64,000 nucleotides of DNA, taken from positions 155,496,001 to 155,560,000 of the forward strand of contig OZ024740.1 in the NCBI GenBank assembly GCA_964016885.1. The letters run 5' to 3'. A program made the position numbers and the translations under genes. The notes below the pieces were generated by a model that saw only the letters and a program-made list of their open reading frames with translations, was not told where the DNA came from and ran no database searches. How positions within the stretch are numbered: the stretch's first letter is position 1; the number at the start of each line of letters is the position of its first letter. Source of the stretch: Eledone cirrhosa (Eukaryota). This document shows, piece after piece, positions 11,639 to 24,836 of the stretch.

Positions 11639-13368
11639 GAGTTATAGCACAGTTGATTAGGGACCGGGTGAAACTAGATGAAATGCAATAGGGTTTGTGC
11701 CAGGAAAATGCACCTCTGATGCCAGTTACAGGAAAAGTACCTAGCTAAAAGTAAGTCACTCTACCTGGCATCGATCTGGAGAAAGCCTTTGACAGAGTTC
11801 CCCGTGCTATAATCTGGTGGGATCTTAGAAAACTAGGAGTAGATGAATGGCTTGTGAAAGCTGTACAAGCCATGTATAGGGGAGCAGTCAGCAAAGTTAG
11901 GATTAGAAATGAGTATAGCAAGGAATTTAGCATACAGGTCAGTGTCCACCAGGGCTCTGTTCTTAGCCCTCTCCTGTTCATCATAGTCCTGCAGGTAATA
12001 ATGGAGGAGTTTAAGACCGGATGCCCATGGGAACTCCTGTATACACTTATCTATGGTAGAACTAGAGAAGAAATTCCAAACTTGGAAGCAGGGACTAGAA
12101 AGAAAGGGTCTCAAAGTCAACCTGACAAAGACTAAGGTCCTTGTAAGTAGACGAGAAAATAGAACCCAGATTCCTTTAGGGAAATGGCCTTGCTCAGTAT
12201 GTAGGAAAGGTGTAGGTAGGAACTCCATCCTCTGCCCCAAATGCAAACAATGCGTACACAAGAGATGTAGTGGGATCTCAGAAAGCTTAACTAAGAATAT
12301 AGGCTTCACATGTAGCAGCTGCGTTGGGAGAGCAAGCAGCAAACAGCCACAGGAAACAAGCACCGCCAATCTCTGGGACAGCTCTGTAGAAACAGTAGAT
12401 AGCTTCTGCTACCTAGGTGACCGAATTCGCAGCAGAGGTGGGTGTTCGGAAAGTATAATAACCAGTGTAAGAACGGGATGGAAGCTATTGCCACTGTTAG
12501 CTGCAAAAGGCTTTTCCCTCAAAATGAAAGGCAGACTATATGATGCGTATATACAAACAGCAATGTTACATGGTAGTGAAACCTGGGCGCTGTCTGTAGA
12601 AGACATGCGTAGATTAGAAAGAAACGAAGCCTGCATGCTCCGATGGATGTGTAATATATGCGAACGGCAAAGCATAAATGAATTGAGAGAGAGAGAGACT
12701 GCGCATAAAAGGAATCAAATGCTGTGTGCAGGAGAGGAGGTTGTGTTGGTATGGACATGTGATGCATATGAAGGATGACAGCTGCATAAAAAGGTGCAGA
12801 GCACTAGTAGTCGATGGAAGCCGCGGAGTGGGGAGACCAAGAAGACCTGGGATGAGGTGATAAAAGCCGACCTTACTCAATTACACCTCTCAAAGTCGTT
12901 GACACATGACCGTGGCCTCTGGTGTCACGCAGTAATACAGAAGACCCGACCCCTCCACGGGTACAAGCTGCAGCATATTGACAATATGCCCCCACCCCCT
13001 CCTACTGCAAAGTGGTTGTTGAGGTGCCACGACAAAAACGCACCCAGCCCATACTGTAAAGTGGAGATGTAGGCGCCACAGAAAAAAGCACCCAGCACTC
13101 ACTGTAACGTGGAGATGTAGGCGCCACAGAAAAAAGCACCCAGCCGACACTGTAAAGTGGAGATGTAGGCGCCACGGAAAAAGCACCCAGCACTCACTGT
13201 AAATGAGGTTGGTGTTAGGAAGGGCATCCAGCTGTAGAAATCAAGCCAGAATCAGTTCCCGTATGAACAAGGCATGGTCAGCGGACCGGCTACTTCCCAC
13301 AACAGGACAACCCGTCTAACTCATGCTAGCGTGGAAGAACGGACGTAAAACGGTGATGATGATGATGA
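11639..13368 (+). mobile_element. 5'-truncated PHD-RT RTE LINE, subfamily B, degenerate, with 48-bp tandem repeats in the 3'UTR and (GAT)n tail
   Basis: RT motifs (DLEKAFD, VHQGSVLSP) and PHD (CSVC..CPKC..HKRC..CSSC); nearly identical to 52818-54187. Confidence 0.93.
13013..13203 (+). repeat. About 4 tandem copies of a 48-bp unit in the LINE 3'UTR
   Basis: gtggagatgtaggcgccac recurs at 13061, 13109 and 13157. Confidence 0.9.
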
Positions 13369-13396
13369 TATATATATATTATTGTTATTATTATAA

Positions 13397-13603
13397 GGGC
13401 AGTGGATTGGCAGCAGAGGTAGTGTCAGACACTATGCTCTGCAGCATAGAGTTACGTCTCTTTACGTACTGAGTTCAAATCTCACCGTGGTCAGCTTTAC
13501 CTTTCATCCTTACAAGCTCAATAAAATAAAGCTCCAGTAATACACTGGAGTCGATTTAATCGTCTTTCCCCTTCCCTTTAAATTGCTGGCCTTGTGACTA
13601 AAG

Positions 13604-13634
<31 letters not shown>

Positions 13635-13640
13635 TTATTA
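13397..13640 (+). mobile_element. Family A SINE with (TTA)n tail
   Basis: ggcagtggattggcag head, gagttcaaatc B-box, ggccttgtgactaaagta tail. Confidence 0.8.
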
Positions 13641-14220
13641 GCACAGATTAAAAGTTTAAACCAACAGTTTCTGCTTTCACCCTAAAGAGGAATCTTCTGA
13701 AACTGATAAATATCAATCCATGGATGCAGATGTAATTATTTCAAAAATATTATGACCAAAAATAAAAAGACAAAATGGTAACACTTGAAGACATTCTCTT
13801 GAGATATGACAAAATGTATGCAAGGAGAATAAAATTATTTCATGACGTGAAGCGGGAAGAACAAATTCTTGCTATGAAAAAATCAGGAGACTAATTTTCT
13901 TTTTAGAATAGCCGAATATTTTCAAGCTACCATATAAGGAAAATGATATTAATAGAAGTAATGTGATTAAACATTGACGTAATTGGTTAATTTATTCTCC
14001 TTGCATACATTTCACTGAGAACGTCTTCACACATTACCATTTTGGCTTTCTATTTTTCAAATGTAATACTTGGTCGTAATATGTTTGAAATATTTACATC
14101 TGCGTTCACAGACTGATATTTCTCAGTTTCAGAAGATCCTGCTTTAGGGAGAAAGCAGAAAATGTTTACTTAAACTTTTAATCTGTGCTAATAATAAATA
14201 TTTGCTCTACGGGTTTATAT
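13632..14220 (+). mobile_element. Non-coding fold-back element (inverted arms of about 200 bp), probably PLE pseudo-LTR derived
   Basis: 13632-13833 is the reverse complement of about 13990-14198; shares terminus ttgctcta..ggtttata with pieces at 27345-27406 and 50905-50980. Confidence 0.65.
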
Positions 14221-14225
14221 ATACT

Positions 14226-14465
14226 GTTCCAAAGAAAGCCAAGGTTGTTTCATCTGCAGGGAAGGTGATGGCTTCAGTTTTTTTTTAGATGCAAAAGGCA
14301 TTGTGTTTATTGACTATCTTCAGCAGGATGAAAGCTTCTTCACCAATGGGATCCGATGGAAGTGTGTGAACTGCAAGGAAGACTATGTTGAAAAATAAAC
14401 CTCATTTGGTCACATTCCATGAGAGTATCTTAGTCAGTCTATAAACCTTTCAACTGACCCTCGTA
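14226..14465 (+). mobile_element. Internally deleted mariner transposon remnant with right TIR
   Basis: PKKAKVVSSAGKVMASVF.DAKGIVFIDYLQ joined to ESFFTNGI..WKCVNCKEDYVEK*; end ...caactgaccctcg-TA. Confidence 0.85.
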
Positions 14466-16018
14466 TGTTAACCAAAAACACAATTATCAATATAACCCCA
14501 TTCTTGCAAACTATCAATGTCTTCATTGCAACTTTTTAGCTAGGTCAAATGCTGGACTAAAGAGTCATCTCAAGACTCATCATTCCTGAAAGCTTGTAAA
14601 AGTTGACATGCAGTGTCTGTAACTGTTCCTGTAAAAATGCTGTAGGCCTAAAATTACACACGCATGCTCACCAAATGGAATAATATTGGAACATTTTCTT
14701 TGCTGATATCTGATTCTTGCCTGTGAACTGCTTTCGCATTATCTTCTGTTGAACTTTAACACTTCCTTTTCAACAGGAGACCTCATCATCATCAATATCA
14801 TATATATATATATATACACAACAACCTCCCTAGTGTTGATGATGTACATGATAAATGCATCCAGTACACAATGTAAAGTGGTTGATGATAAGAAGAGCAA
14901 TCAACTGTAGAAAAACAGCTAAACAAAGGGTCGAGAGAACTCTTCAGTTTCATGAAAGACATGATAACTTCCCTAGTCTTGGTGCCATGATAAAATAAGT
15001 AAACAAGATGCAAACTCTCGGCCCATCTGAGAGGTCAGCAACAAGCTCTGCTTGAGTACTGATTCAGTCTTTGATGACCTGTCCAACCTTTGCTAGCAGA
15101 CTAAACACATGTTAAATGATGACGATGATGATGATGATGGTGGTGGTATATGTCTTTGTGTATATATGGAGGAGAGAGGACCAGGGACAAGAGGTAGAGA
15201 GGATTGCTTGTCATTTAACTCATTATTTGGACAAACAAAATTTCACTGTTGACATATGAAGATTAAAAGTGGGTGAAAAACTTGTTGGCTTGAATCAATC
15301 CACCAATCAAACAAGAGACTGACTCCTCTATTTTTATTGCACTGTTCTTAGTAATGTGTTCATTCACTGCAGTGCTTTTGTCAAAATTACCAATTACAAA
15401 CCATGCTAAGCTGTCAGAAGGTGATGAGAAAGGACATGACAAAGAACTAAGTGGATCAAATCAAGAGTCATTTTTATTTCTCTTCCTTATTATTTTTGTT
15501 TCTTTTTTTTTTAAGCTATCATCATCATCATCACTGCCATAATTTTACATCAGTTTTTCCATGACAGGTTGTTATCGACCAAGTCAGTACCTAACCAGAA
15601 CTAATGTTCTCCTAGGTGTGTTGGGAGACCATGTCTGGTTTACATACATTCCAGCTTTTTTTTTCTTTTATCTTAATCTGGGATAGGTCGAAATTCAGCC
15701 AGTGAATCCTCAATATTGCAACAGAAATCACCAATGTTTGGTGATCATAGATGTCTAATACAGAGATCAACAATCAGTTGTGATTCCAATGGCAGACACC
15801 ATACATACAAGAACTAGATATCAATTCATGATCCAACTTGAGCATATTAATTACATTTTCAGGTATCTGGATAGGGGACTTACTGGATCTATGTCAGAAA
15901 CCTGAAAAGCAAATTCAGCCATAATGTAATTTGATCTCTGAACATGGAGGCAGTTAACTAGATAGTACCTACACCTGACTTTCTACAATTTTCCCATCTC
16001 CATCACCTTATATGATCA

Positions 16019-16254
16019 TTAACCCCTTAATGACCATATTTCTAATGAAATACACTCTGTTTTAGTCAATTAATGAAGAATTTTGTGAGATTTACTAAAA
16101 TTATTAGCTTTTTCATTACTAAGATATTAACTTAACATGTGATTCTTACATAAAATTATATTGGAAGATTTTGATTCAAATAGGAAACCCTTTAAATTGG
16201 ATGAATCCTTTTCATAGAACCTGGTTTTGGCTGGGTTGATAACAAGAAGGTTAA
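16019..16254. mobile_element. TTAA-flanked MITE, family 2
   Basis: ttaacccctt...aagaaggttaa ends; relatives at 10479, about 17370-17528 and 57100-57351. Confidence 0.6.
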
Positions 16255-17169
16255 AATTTATAGATAATAAGTTAAGAACAGCTAATTAAAAAATAAATTT
16301 GATATCAATTATATTAGTTTAAAAAAATGATAACACAATATATCTGATAAATAACAATCTTGAATATGTGTGTTTACGAATGTATGTGCATATGTATGTA
16401 TGTATGTGTTTATGTGTTCATGAAAGTGTATGCATGTGTATGTGTGAGTATGAAAGTTATGGCATGTCAAAGTGTACAAGAGTAAATGTATGTGAGAGGA
16501 TGTGAATGTGCACAGAGGTGTGAAGATAAAATTTACGCGATTCATTGAAGGAAGTTCAAGACAGACAGCTAAACATTGACAACAGAAAAATGACAGATGT
16601 GAGAAAACAAAATACAAACAGAAGCTGATTTACTATTCACATGCAAAACAAATGGTGACAAATATTCCCAGGAGAACAAATTAATGAAATTTTCCAAACT
16701 GTTCAAAATTCTGTTTTCCATCTCTTTCCTTGTGTGTAAATGTATAGAGGTGTATTTTGGTAAGAGGCTCATTTAGCTTGCTGAGCAGTTTTTTTTTTCT
16801 CTTTTACTATTAAGCGATAGAAGGAAGGACCTCCAATAGTGTTGAGAAAGAGGGAGGGAGGAAGATGTCCTCACACAAGAGAGAGCTTGTCCAAATGAAA
16901 GCAACCGAGTGGACTTCACAAAACACACACACCCAGCGACTAGAGGAGATATTAAACAAGGTGACAGATTAGGTTTACTACTCAAGTAGGCCATAGTAGA
17001 ATCTGAACACAGAATGCAAAGTGGTTCCCAAACTTATTTTGTTAAAAGAAAACCTTATTCATTTTTTTTTAATCATCGAAGCTATACCTATATTTTCATA
17101 CCAACACCCTGAAGCCACCCTGGATTTATGATATAAAACAGATCATTTAAAAATATTTATCCTAATATT

Positions 17170-17352
17170 GCTTTCTGATTTAGGCACAGGGCCAACAATT
17201 TGGGGGGAGGAGTAAGTGCTTTACTGGTTATTTTATTGACCCCGTAAGGATGAAAGGCAAAGCTAGCCTCAGTAGGATCGTAAAGGGCCATAACTCTATG
17301 TTATAAAGCATGTTGTCCGATGCTCCACTGATACTGCCAATCCACTGCCCTT
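17170..17352 (-). mobile_element. Family A SINE with target-site duplication
   Basis: Flanking direct repeat tttatcctaatatt (about 17156 and 17354). Confidence 0.85.
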
Positions 17353-17888
17353 GTTTATCCTAATATTAAAACCTTCCACCATAATCATACTTTAGAAATT
17401 TTTCTTAAGAAATATTCTAAGTATCAGTATACTAAGGAAGAATTTATTTTATTGAATTCCTCCAAATTTCTGGTTATTTTTAAAACTGATTGAAACACAT
17501 AGGAAGTATGCAATAATGAAAGGGTTAAAGCATGAATTTATTCATACTAAAAAATATATTTTTTTTAGAATATTATTAAAAAGCACTTTTATCACAAAAT
17601 CCTAGAATTTTTTTTTTTGTGTAATTCACTTGAGGAAACACTGTTGTAGACTATAAACTACATTCTTCATATCCGTACCATTTATGACTGAGCAAACTGG
17701 AGTAGAGTACTTGTAGTTGTTGTAGCGATTGATGGAATAGCCTCAGGTTAGCCCTGATCAAAGAGACTTATAGTTAACAATGTTTCACAAGTGACTATCC
17801 AGTATATATTTTTTCACACATATTGTAGCATACATCATCTACTGTGTCATTACTTTTCTTAAATTGATAGAATGTGATTTGAGAGAAG

Positions 17889-18106
17889 TAACCCTTTAGC
17901 ATTTAAACCTGTTATATCTGGCCAGAATTCTCTCACCTCTTTCTGTTCAAACCGGACGCTTATACTGATATTAAGGTATTGTTCTCAAAATAAATAACAT
18001 CAAAATCTCATAGATTCCATATTATGTGAGATAATTATGAGAGCTAAAGACTTTACCATGGAAATATAATAGTATATATAGAGAAATGTAAATGCTAAAG
18101 GGTTAA
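17889..18106. mobile_element. piggyBac-type MITE, family 1
   Basis: taaccctttagcattta ... taaatgctaaagggttaa. Confidence 0.85.
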
Positions 18107-18489
18107 GTTGATTTACTAGCAAGTCAAGTGACAGCCTAAAGGCTCTTTCAGTGGCCTTAGTTAGACCCAGGTCAAATAGACCAACCAGGAACATCCAGAT
18201 TTTTTTTTTTTTCAACAAATATAGTGCCAAAAATGGAATATACAACAAGATGTGGTTCTCTTAGCTGTCTAGGAAAACAGTAACACTGAATAAGAAGTGA
18301 AATAGATTGCAATGACCTGTCCAACCCATGTCAGTGTGGAAATCTAATGTAAAATAATGATGATGATGAATGTATCTAAAGGTACAGACAATATCCATTA
18401 GGTTAGTCAGTGGGTGCAATTTGAAAAAAATTTGGCTGTTATTTCTAATAAGTTGAGTGAATGCGTTGAGGCTCCATTATTGAATTGTA

Positions 18490-18678
18490 AAGTGGTGGAT
18501 TGGCAGTATCGGTAGAGGGTCGGACGCCATGCTTTCCAGCATAGTTACGTCCCTTTACGATCTGAGTTCAAATCCCGCCGAGGTTGACTATGCCTTTCAT
18601 CCTTACGGGGTCGATAAAATAAAGTACCAGTAATTCACTGGGTATTTGCTGGCCTTGTGCCTAAAGTAGAAACAATTA
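18490..18678 (+). mobile_element. Young family A SINE with target-site duplication
   Basis: B-box gttcaaatcc; flanking repeat ttattgaattgtaaagtg on both sides. Confidence 0.88.
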
Positions 18679-18941
18679 TTGAATTGTAAAGTGTAGTTGT
18701 ATGCACAGAAAATCTGTAAGATACTATCTATATACAGTGGTTGATAGTTGTCTAACAAGAGCTGACAAGATGATAAGAGGCAGAGGTCTTATCTGAGATC
18801 TAGTGACAACCAGCACTTCACAATTTGTTGTAAAATATTAGGTTCTTTAAATATTCATGACGATATGCAATCAATTATGCTTCTCTCTATTCTATATTTG
18901 AAACAGAAACACAAGCCAGAACCAATTCAACATATTAACAT

Positions 18942-19110
18942 AGGCACAGGCATGGCTATGTGGTTAAGAAGTTGGCTTTGCAATCACATGGTTCTGGGTT
19001 CAATCTCCATACTTTGCACAAGAGTCTTTTGTAACATAACCTTGGATAGACCAAAGCCTTCTGAGTGGAATTTAATAGAGAGTAACTATGTAGAAGCTTT
19101 TGGAATGTGT
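18942..19110 (+). mobile_element. Family C SINE
   Basis: ggcacaggcatggctatgtggttaagaag...gggttcaatctcc. Confidence 0.7.
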
Positions 19111-19127
19111 ATATATATGTGTGTGTA

Positions 19128-22100
19128 TCATCATCATCATCGTTTAACGTCCATCTTCCACGCTTGCATGGGTTTGGACGGGAGTTTTCCCACTTGAGGC
19201 AAGATTGGTTGTCCCGCTCGTATAGGACTGTCTGGCGGGTTTTCTACGGCTGGATGCCCTTCCTAACACCAACCATGTTTACAGTGTGGACTGGGAGGTT
19301 TTTACTGTTACCTACATGGCCACATTACAGCGTGGACTGTGTGTTTTTTTTGTCGTGACACCTACACGACCTCATTTGTTTCGGACTGGATGTTGTGGTA
19401 CCAACATAACTTCACATTTAAGGGGGTGGTGTGGATGGGGTGGGGGTAGTCGGACAAGGGTGTATTTTTGTTAGAGGTGCCTACTGACTGTAGGTTTCGC
19501 TTTGTACTTAGGCAAGGCGGGTCTTCTGTATTACTGTGTAGCGCCAAAGATCTCGGTCCAGTGACATTGTCTTGGAGAGGTGTAAGTGTGTGAGGTTGGA
19601 ATTTATCAAGTCATCCCAGGTTTTTCTGGGTCTGCCTACTCCGTGGCTACCGTCTATTTTTATCGCTCTGCACTTTTTTATACAGCTGTCGTCTTTCATG
19701 ACCATACCAACATAGTCTTCTCGCGAGTAAACAATATCTGATCCCTCTTATTCCTAATTTCTCCCTTAGTTCTTTATGCTTTGCCGTTCACATATATTAC
19801 TATTACACATCCAGCGGAGCATGCAAGCTTCGTTCTTCTTCAGTCTGCGTATATCCTCTGCACACAATGCCCAGGTCTCACTGCCATGTAACATTGCTGT
19901 TCGTATGCAGGCATCATACAGCCTGCCTTTCATTTTTAGAGAGAACCCTTTAGCGGCCAATAGTGGTATAAGCTCTCTGAACTTTTTCCATCCCGTTCTG
20001 ACTCTAGCTACTGTACTTTCAGAGCACCCTCCCCCACTGCTGATTTTGTCACCCAGGTAACGGAAGCTGTCCACTATTTCTATAGAACCATCTGTGCAAT
20101 GGAATGAGCTAGTATTCTGTGGGCACTTGCTGCTACTTATTGCACCAGAGCACCGGCTACATATAAAATCTATATTCTTAGTTAGCTTACCTGTGATCCC
20201 ACTACATATTTTATGCACCCATACTTTGCATTTGGGACATAAAATGGAGTTTCTGCCTACTCCTTTCCTATACACTGAGCATGGCCATTTCCCAGATGGG
20301 ACCGGTGCCCTATTTTCCTTCCTACAAACTATAACTTTAGTCTTAGACAAGTTAACTTTAAGGCCTTTTGATTCTAGGCCATGCTTCCATGTTTGGAATT
20401 TTTTCTCTAGTTCAGCCATTGATTCAGCTATGAGCGTTAGATCATCTGCATATAGGAGTTCCCATGGGCAGCCGGTCTTGAACTCCTCTGTTATAGCCTG
20501 AGGGGCAATAATAAATAGTAGGGGGATAAGAACGGAGCCCTGATGAACAGCAACTTTTATGCTAAACTCTTCACTATATTCGTTGTTAATTCTAACCTTG
20601 CTGACTGTTTCTTTATACATGGCTTGTATAGCTCTCACAAGCCATTCATCAACACCTAGTTTTCTAAGAGCCCACCAGATAATGGAGCGGGGGACTCTGT
20701 CAAAGGCTTTCTCCAAGTCAACAAAAGCTAAGTATAAGGGTTTACTTTTTGCTAGGTACTTCTCATGTAATTGTCGTACAATGAAAATAACGTCTGTGGT
20801 ACTTTTACCTGACACAAACCCGAACTGCATTTCATCTAGGTCAATTCGCTCTCTGATTAGTTGCACTATAACTTTTTCTGTGACCTTCATGACCTGGTCG
20901 ATTAATTTAATGCCTCTATAGTTACCCCTATCTAGGGCATCTCCTTTACCCTTGTAGCAGTTAATGATGATGCTGCTACGCCAGTCCTTCAGAACAACCC
21001 CATTCTGTATGACTTGGTTTACTATCCGGGTGACCATAGTGTGTCCCACCGTTCCACATGCTTTCAGCATTTCAGCAACTATTTCCGAAGGCCCAGCCGC
21101 CTTACCTGTCTTCATATCTTTGATTGCCTTACTTATTATACTACCTTCAACTAGCATTGCTGGTCCCTCTATTGGATCGATGTGGGGGAGACTGTCTTTC
21201 TACCATTTATTCTCATCAATTAGTAGCCTTTCGTAGTGACACTTCCAAGCTACCTTCTTATCAGCGTCAGTGATGGCAAGTACACCATCATCATTAAGGG
21301 CACACTTCTCCCCGACAATATCACGGTTTTCCTTAACACATTGCCTAGCAATCCTGAACACCTCACGTTCTTGGTCCTCGCGTTGTAGAACATGCTTGAA
21401 CTTTCTTTCCTCTGCTTCCCTTCTTGCGAAGTACACTTGTCTCCTAGCTTCCCTCCTGGCCATTTGATAGTCTTCTCTACTTCCCCCATCCCGCCATACT
21501 TTCCAAGCCTGCTTTTTGGCCTTAATTGACTCCTCCACCTTACTGTTCCACCACCACGTTACTCTCCTCCTGCCTATAGGCCTGCTCCAGCCACAGACAT
21601 CATCTGCCGCCTTCAGTAGGTTAGCTTTCAGGAATTCCCACTGTTCCTCTACATTGTACGACTCTAATTGCTCTTCCTTACTGTCGAAAGCATCAAGTAA
21701 TATGCTTTTAAATTTATTACTGGCTGTGGGGTCCTTTAGCTTCCATATTTTTCTCCTGAGGATAGTCCTCCTCTGTTGTCGAGTACGTCTTGCCCTGACT
21801 ATGAGGTCACTGACTATGAGTCTATGTTGGGAGGTGTATTCTTCATGGGGGAGGGATTTAGTGTTTAGAACAGACACTCTATCACGTCTTCTGGTAAGGA
21901 TATAATCTATCGGACTGGCGTATTCCCCTGATCTATAGGTGATCAAGTGATTGTCTCATTTTTTGAAGTTAGTGTTACAGATAGTTAGGTTATTTGCGTC
22001 ACAGAATTTCAGGATTCTGGAGCCTTCCTCATTTCTAGTACCAAACCCATAGCCTCCATGGATTCCGCCATAGCCGTCACAATGTTGTCCAACGTGACCA

Positions 22101-22795
22101 TTTAGGTCGCCAGCAATAATTATGTAGTCACTGTCGGTTATTTGGGAGGTAGTGAGCATCAATGTCTCATAGAATCTGTCTTTTATAGCGCCAGGCAGTC
22201 CGGATTGGGGTGCATACGCAGATATTACTGTCACAGTAGTTCTATTTAGGACAAGTCTTATTTTAATTATTCTGTCGTTCACTCTATTTACGTCTATTAT
22301 CTTATCTACCCATTTTTCTGCTAACATGATTCCTACCAAGCCCATTGTCATTTCCCACCCACAAAAGCTTATAGCATCGTTTTTTACCCACAATGAATCT
22401 AGCAGACCCACCCCGCCACCTGGTCTCATGGATACAGCAAACATCTACCTCCTTACATTCAAGCATTTCTACAACCTCGTTAGAGTGACCTTTTAAGGTG
22501 CCTACATTCATGGTACCAACTCTGAAGTTTTGGATTGCGTTTGGTGGGTGGGAACGGTGGGGCGCGGGGAGGGGTGAGGGGGATGGGTTTGGGGTTATGT
22601 TGGCCATCGGCGGCCGAAACAAAGAGGGGTAGTCCTTGCCTTTTCGTCCGGCAGCATGAGGTGAATTTGTCTTTATCTTTGGCATTGTCACTGAGTGTCT
22701 AGATTTTTCAGACTCTCCAGAATTCCTTAGTCCATCCATCATATCGAAAAGCAACCAGAAGTGATAGCATAGGCCGTTGACTTATGATTGGTCCT
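19128..22795 (-). mobile_element. Near full-length PHD-RT RTE LINE (subfamily A) with several frameshifts
   Basis: Consecutive ORFs 22302-22754, 21956-22444, 21200-21946, 19766-21157 and 19508-19705 give MPK start, APE, RT (LLYADD), PHD and GRPRKTW; 3'UTR and (GAT)n tail at 19128. Confidence 0.96.
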
Positions 22796-22796
22796 A

Positions 22797-22980
22797 ATAA
22801 TAATTGTTTCTACTTTAGGCACAAGGCCAGCAAATTACCCAGTACATTACTGGTACTTTATTTTATCGACCCCGTAAGGATGAAAGGCAAAGTCAACCTC
22901 GGCGGGATTTGAACTCAGATCGTAAAGGGACGTAACTATGCTGGAAAGCATGGCGTCCGACCCTCTACCTATATTGCCAG
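22797..22980 (-). mobile_element. Young family A SINE
   Basis: Nearly identical (reverse complement) to 18490-18678. Confidence 0.85.
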
Positions 22981-23022
22981 TGGAGAGTGGGGGCAGGTGG
23001 GATGGGGATGGGGTAGTTAGCA

Positions 23023-23816
23023 AGAGGGTTTAAATAAAATCTTCGAATTTTGGGCATAATTGGACAAGCATATAAGCGAATAATGGGATTTTAAAATACA
23101 AGAAGATTATTTAGAACAGCCAGACAGAATTATAGAATAGCATTGAGAGAGAGCAAAGATTGGATTCTGGGTGATGATACGGATATATGAATGAATGGAC
23201 CGAGAGACTGGAGAGACAAGAAAAAAAATGGCATTTTACATTACATTTCGCATGGGGGGGGGGGGGGGAGCAGGTCTGACCATTAATAAGCGTTGACAAA
23301 TTCTGAGATTCGTACCTCGTAACAACAGGTTTATTTATATTTGGTGAGAGAAGGGATTGATTGAAAGGGTGAACTAGCAGGCGCGTAATACGATATGGGG
23401 CAGGGGGGTAAAGATTAAGAGGGACAAGGAGGCCATTTTATAAATCCTATAATTTTTCGGCCAAAATTAAACAAACGAGATTGTTACTTTAGAAAAACAA
23501 ATGGGCATTTTACGAGAGGGTTTAAATAAAATCTTCGAATTTTGGGCATAATTGGACAAGCATATAACAGTAATAATAAGCGAATAATGGGATTTTAAAA
23601 TACAAGAAGATTATTTAGAACCAGACAGAATTATAGAATAGCATTGAGAGAGAGCAAAAGATTGGGTTCTGGGCGATGATACGGATATATGAATGAATGG
23701 ACCGAGAGGCTGGAGAGACAAGAAAAAAATGGCATTTTACATTACATTTTGCGCGGGGGGGGGGGGGGGGGGGGGGAGCAGGTCTAACCATTAATAAGCG
23801 TTGACAAATTCTGAGA
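23023..23816. repeat. Direct repeat of about 290-300 bp (23023-23308 and 23515-23816) with poly-G tract
   Basis: High-identity duplicate separated by about 205 bp of unique sequence. Confidence 0.9.
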
Positions 23817-24617
23817 ATATATATATTTAATATCTATCTATGCATGTGTGTGTTGGTGAGAAATGTCAGAATCAGTATGATGTTGAATAAAAATACCTTG
23901 TGGTATTTAGTTACTGTTGTATTTCTTGACTTTTTTTATATGTAATCTCCTTCTTTACCAGTTCACTCTCCAACACCAACACATAAGAAACAAGTATAGT
24001 TTTGTATACAACACAATATGTTGCTTATAACATTAATTATTCTATATTAATTTAACATTAGCAAATTTAAAATCATAAACAAAAATGAAAATATATCTAG
24101 CAAGGATAGTGCAAATAATGATAAAAACAACTCAACCAAAGGACTATTTTCACATTTTCCCTTGGCATTATCCTAAAATTTGTCCCCAGGGAGTAAATAT
24201 CCTTCAGGCTAAGAATTGTGGATGTAGAAACTTCCTTATGAGCTTCCTCATAGCTGTTGTCATTAAATCAAGTGTGAATGATGATCTGTTGTTAATGAAT
24301 TCATAGTTGTGGAGTGTCTCATGAATAATTAGAGAGAAACTGGGGAATATTGCTTATCCAACTGCAATCACTACTGTAGGTGGAAACAAAACCAATGACA
24401 ACAATCACATGCACAAATACACACACACACATAGACCAAGGAAGGAGCCTCTATATGGTTATATGGCCTGTTAGAAATAGCAGCAAAATCTTCCTTAAAT
24501 CAACCACATTTTCCATGCATAAATACACACACACATGGACCAAGGAGGAGCCTCTATGTGGTTGTACGGCCTGTTAGAAACAGCAACAAAATCTCCCTTA
24601 AATCACTCATTCCTGCC

Positions 24618-24836
24618 TTAACCCTTCAGCATTTACATTACTCTATATTTACTATTGTATTTTCATGGTAAATACTTTACCTCACATAATTATCTCACAT
24701 AATATTGAATCTACAGGATTTTGATATTATTTATTTTGGGAATAATACCTTAACATTGGTATGAACAGTCGGTTTGAACAGAAAGAAGTGAGAGAATTCT
24801 GGACGGATATGGCTGGTTTAAATGCTAAAGGATTAA
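24618..24836. mobile_element. piggyBac-type MITE, family 1, with extended flanking duplication
   Basis: ttaacccttcagcattta ... taaatgctaaaggattaa. Confidence 0.85.
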
